A stretch of 64,000 bases of DNA, taken from Candidatus Thalassarchaeum betae (GTDB taxonomy: Archaea; Thermoplasmatota; Poseidoniia; Poseidoniales; Thalassarchaeaceae). The notes beneath the pieces are model-generated. The model searched no databases. It saw nothing but the letters and a program-made list of their open reading frames with translations, and was not told the DNA's origin. A program made the translations under genes and the position numbers. The stretch spans positions 37,174 to 101,173 of the forward strand of contig PSPG01000005.1 in NCBI GenBank assembly GCA_003193925.1, read 5' to 3'. This document shows, piece by piece, positions 60,628-64,000 of the stretch; position 1 is the first letter of the stretch, and each line of letters starts with the position of its first letter.

Positions 60628-61281
60628 TCAGCTCCCACCGGCTGCGCGTTCGACGCCAGCCTGCCCGGGGCCTGCTGAGGGAAGCCCGCAGAGGAATCCG
60701 GCCAGCCACTCCAGAGGCTGAGTGACTGCCGTCAACTGCAGATTGACCGAGCCCAAGGAGTGCTCGACGAGCGCCGTCCGCTCGTTCGGCAGGTAAGTGC
60801 AGACGTGCGGGACCAAACCGCGGTGGCGGACCCGCTGCAGGAGCTCTGCGGCGCTGACCTCCTCGAGAGCAGACAGGGCGTCGATGGCATCGGGTGCGAT
60901 GAACAGGACGTGGACCTGCCTGATCCTCTCTATCACAGCTCCCCATGACTCGGCCAGTCTGAGGGGGTTCGATGGCATGTCGACGATCATCACTGTGCGG
61001 GCGCCCTCGAGCTCTCCGAAGGTCATCCCCGCCCCCCATGCGTAGCGCGGTGATGCACCGTCGAGCGCGGTGGATGCTGAGGACACCAGCCAGTGGGCGC
61101 TGTCGAGGGTGCTCCTCCAGTCAATGGCGCCGTGGTCCATCGTTGCGAAGTCCTCGCCTGGCGCCGAGGTCACGAGTCTTGTCCTAGCACCTCGCTCCGC
61201 CGCTGCGGACAGCACGGCTGACGCGGCATCGTCACGCTCTGGCCTGCCGAAGGCGACGATGCGGACTTCACTCGCAGCCAT
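60628..61281 (-). CDS. Hypothetical protein, possibly a degenerate PfkB/ribokinase-like fold
   Basis: Host-like ORF downstream of pelota; VMIVD, VHVLF and WLAGFL loosely recall PfkB elements. Confidence 0.55.
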   Translation of the reverse strand: MAASEVRIVAFGRPERDDAASAVLSAAAERGARTRLVTSAPGEDFATMDHGAIDWRSTLDSAHWLVSSASTALDGASPRYAWGAGMTFGELEGARTVMIVDMPSNPLRLAESWGAVIERIRQVHVLFIAPDAIDALSALEEVSAAELLQRVRHRGLVPHVCTYLPNERTALVEHSLGSVNLQLTAVTQPLEWLAGFLCGLPSAGPGQAGVERAAGGS

Positions 61282-61316
61282 GCCTGCCGCTGATGCGCCG
61301 CGGTGATGAGCCTTGC

Positions 61317-62375
61317 CTACTCGGTCTTCCAGCGCAGCAAGGCGATAGCCCCTCCGAAGCCCAGCAGCTGCTGGCCGGAGTCATGGTCGACCGAGGCTTG
61401 GATGATGCTGCCTCCCGAGCCCTCCACGCTGGCGGCTGTCCTCTCCCAGCGCTCGCGGGCCTCGTCCTCGCCGCTGCGCAGCATGGAGGCCTCGATGATC
61501 AGGGTCTCGACGGCGCCCTGCTCGGCGGCTTCGGCTATGGCAGCGGGGCCGTAGGAGACCGCTCCGCCGGTGGAGATCCGCTTCAGCCCCTCCTCGATGG
61601 CTCGCACCTGCTGAATCAGCGAGTGCTCGCCGAGAACCGAGTCTGCTAGGCCCTCAGCGAGAACCTCGTTGGCCGCGGACCGCCCTCCTATCGAAGTCGC
61701 CGTATTGAGGATCTGGTTCTGGGCGCCTTGCCCCCTGAGGTGGGCCTCGAACTGCTCACGGGCCATTCCCGGCCCGCAGATGACCAGCGGCATGTGGTCC
61801 TTGAAGACGAGTCGCGTCTCCTTGGCGACGCGCTCGAAGAAGCCCCGGCGCACGCTGGTGGAGTCGTCGGCCTTCTTGCCGCCGCCCCTCATGGTGAATT
61901 GCGAGACGTCGCGAATCCCGTGTGCTGCGACCTGGAAGACGAGGATCTCGTCCGACTCGACCACCAGGAGTCCGCACTTGGCGCGCCGGCCTGCCGAGAG
62001 GGCTTCCCTCAGCAGTGCCCTGTCGGCAGCGGGCAGGCCACCCTCGCGGGTCAGCTCCAGCACGGAGCCGGGGCTCATGACGTGCGTGTGGTGGCTGCCG
62101 ATGTCGATCTTGGCCTCTGTAATCACTCCGTGGACGCGGAGGTTGTCGGTGAAGGGCTGGAATGCCGTCTCTTGGACCTCGAGAACTATCCACATCGGCT
62201 TGCGCTCGGCGCTCTTCGCCCTGCTGTCAGACTGGGTTCCGGTGGCCGAGTCCCTGCGGTGGGACAGCATCCCCACGTTCGTTCCGGGCCTGCACAACTG
62301 CGAGACGGTCCACAGGTCGTCCTCGTCGTCGACCCTCAGTCGGACTCCCTCGTCCAGTCGCTTGATTCTGCGCAC
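61317..62375 (-). CDS. pelA: mRNA surveillance protein pelota (Dom34)
   Basis: DDLW, ERK...L.V, F..F..LR..G, GSHHT, GPG, YG......A..GAVETL, G.QL..FGG..ALLR. Confidence 0.93.
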   Translation of the reverse strand: MRRIKRLDEGVRLRVDDEDDLWTVSQLCRPGTNVGMLSHRRDSATGTQSDSRAKSAERKPMWIVLEVQETAFQPFTDNLRVHGVITEAKIDIGSHHTHVMSPGSVLELTREGGLPAADRALLREALSAGRRAKCGLLVVESDEILVFQVAAHGIRDVSQFTMRGGGKKADDSTSVRRGFFERVAKETRLVFKDHMPLVICGPGMAREQFEAHLRGQGAQNQILNTATSIGGRSAANEVLAEGLADSVLGEHSLIQQVRAIEEGLKRISTGGAVSYGPAAIAEAAEQGAVETLIIEASMLRSGEDEARERWERTAASVEGSGGSIIQASVDHDSGQQLLGFGGAIALLRWKTE

Positions 62376-62387
62376 GCGACCACAACC

Positions 62388-64000
62388 TCACCTGAAGACG
62401 CCTGTCAGCCTTCCGTCCTCGTCCATGTCCATGTCGAGCGCGGCCGGTCTTGTAGGTAGCCCGGGCATCGTCATCATCGAGCCGCAAACGGCGACCACGA
62501 AACCGGCGCCGGCGTTGACGCGGATCTCGCGTATGGGGAGGGTGAAACCGCTGGGTGCGCCGAGCACCTTGGGCTCGTGGCTGAACGAGTACTGGGTCTT
62601 GGCCATGCAGACTGGCAACGAGCCCACTCCCCAGCCCTTGAGCGTCTCGATGGCGCTCTGGGCGGTATCGCTGAAATCGACCGTGTGGGCACCGTAGATG
62701 TTGGTGGCGACCCTCAGGATGGTCTCCTCGATGGTCATGCCCTGCTCGACTGTGGGAGTGTAGGGCCGTCCTGCCTCGTCATGGGCCGCGCAAGCGGCCA
62801 CGACTGCGTCTGCCAGATCCAGTGCACCCTCGCCGCCCCTAGCGTGGCACTCGTTCAGCACCACCTGTCGCGCGCCGGCCTTGACTGCCTCGTCCCTGAT
62901 GGCCTCGATCTCGGCCTCGGTGTCGTGTGCGAAGCGGTTTATCGAGACGATGACCGGGATGCTGTTCTCGATGAGGTTCCTGACGTGGCGGCGCAGGTTG
63001 GTGGCCGCGCCGGCCCTCGTCGCCTCGACGTTCTCGGTCTCAAGCTCCTCGGGAGTCGGCCTGCGCCCGCCCCCGGAGGCAAAACCTCCGCCGTGCATCT
63101 TCATGGCACGTACGGTGGCGTTGAGAATCAGGCAGTCGGGGACGACCCCGGATGCTGGGGCCTTGATGTGCAGCGCCTTCTCGGCGCCCATCTCGGCGCC
63201 GAAGCCCGCCTCGGTGATGACGTAGTCAGAGCATGCGAGAGCGATGTCGTCAGCGATGATCGACGAGTTGCCGTGAGCGATGTTGGCGAACGGGCCGCAG
63301 TGGATGAAGGCGGGGTTGCCCTCGAGGGTCTGGACGAGGTTCGGCATCAGCGCCTCTCGCATCAGCAGAGCCATGGCACCTGCAGCGCCGATGTCGTCGG
63401 CGGTGATCGGCTCGTAGGCGTTCGACTTGGCGATGATGATGCGCCCGACGCGGGCGCGCAGGTCCACGTAGTCCTTCGCCAGCGCCAGTATGGCCATCAC
63501 CTCGCTGGCAGCGGTGATGTCGAAGCGGTCGGTGCGGACGACGCCGTTGGCAGCCCCGCCCAGACCGATGGTGACCTGCCTCAGACTGCGGTCGTTCATG
63601 TCGATGGTGCGAGGCCAGTAGATGCGGTTGATGTCGATGTCGAGCTCGTTGCCCCTGTGGAGGTGGTTGTCGATGATCGCAGAGCACAGGTTGTGGGCCG
63701 CGGTGACCGCGTGCAAATCACCGGTGAGGTGCAGGTTGATCTGCTCCATCGGCAGGACCTGCGAGTAGCCGCCACCGGCAGCGCCGCCCTTGATGCCGAA
63801 GACCGGCCCCATGGAGGGCTCGCGAATCACGCAGCACGCGTTGTGCCCGCGCGCGTTGAGGGCCTGGTTGAGGCCGATGGTGGTCAGGGTCTTGCCCTCT
63901 CCGAAGGCAGTCGGGCTCACGCTGGTGACCAGAACGAGGTGGCCCCTGTCCCCGTTTCGCTTGGCCTTGATGGTCTCCCAGTTGACCTTGGCGACGTGCG
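62388..64000 (-). CDS. fhs: Formate--tetrahydrofolate ligase (5' truncated by window edge)
   Basis: PT.FGEGKT, REPS.GP.FGIKGGAAGGGYSQV.PME, GPFANIAHG, TEAGFG, AKTQYS, TMPGLP. Confidence 0.97.
   Translation of the reverse strand, partial: HVAKVNWETIKAKRNGDRGHLVLVTSVSPTAFGEGKTLTTIGLNQALNARGHNACCVIREPSMGPVFGIKGGAAGGGYSQVLPMEQINLHLTGDLHAVTAAHNLCSAIIDNHLHRGNELDIDINRIYWPRTIDMNDRSLRQVTIGLGGAANGVVRTDRFDITAASEVMAILALAKDYVDLRARVGRIIIAKSNAYEPITADDIGAAGAMALLMREALMPNLVQTLEGNPAFIHCGPFANIAHGNSSIIADDIALACSDYVITEAGFGAEMGAEKALHIKAPASGVVPDCLILNATVRAMKMHGGGFASGGGRRPTPEELETENVEATRAGAATNLRRHVRNLIENSIPVIVSINRFAHDTEAEIEAIRDEAVKAGARQVVLNECHARGGEGALDLADAVVAACAAHDEAGRPYTPTVEQGMTIEETILRVATNIYGAHTVDFSDTAQSAIETLKGWGVGSLPVCMAKTQYSFSHEPKVLGAPSGFTLPIREIRVNAGAGFVVAVCGSMMTMPGLPTRPAALDMDMDEDGRLTGVFR

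Overview
A gene-dense, GC-rich archaeal chromosome segment. The gene mix points to Thermoplasmatota, most likely Marine Group II / Poseidoniales (inference): archaeal uL16/L10e, eS6, aIF2-gamma, Dph2, Cdc6, pelota, RPA and A-type ATP synthase sit beside bacterial-type gyrase, class II HMG-CoA reductase, RNase PH, Mog, SufCBD and a large PKD-repeat exopeptidase. It holds about 54 CDS and 2 tRNAs (Ser-GCT, Phe-GAA). I found no CRISPR array, IS element or provirus. The most notable unexplained signals are: (1) an AT-rich intergenic array of eight helically phased TT(A/C)ACGC(A/T)T boxes at ~30088-30258, directly upstream of an uncharacterised AAA-type ATPase / acidic linker / winged-helix gene lying between cdc6 and scpB-scpA-smc, a candidate non-ORB origin, centromere-like site or operator with its cognate binder; (2) aIF2-gamma appears to start at CTG, and the endonuclease IV-like gene at ATA; (3) a membrane-anchored Smr-domain protein; (4) a perfect 25-bp palindrome at the gyrB start; (5) a triple SAP-motif protein next to RPA; (6) apparent pseudoenzymes (HemC-like, M50-like). 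All family calls come from motif recognition by eye, not database searches.
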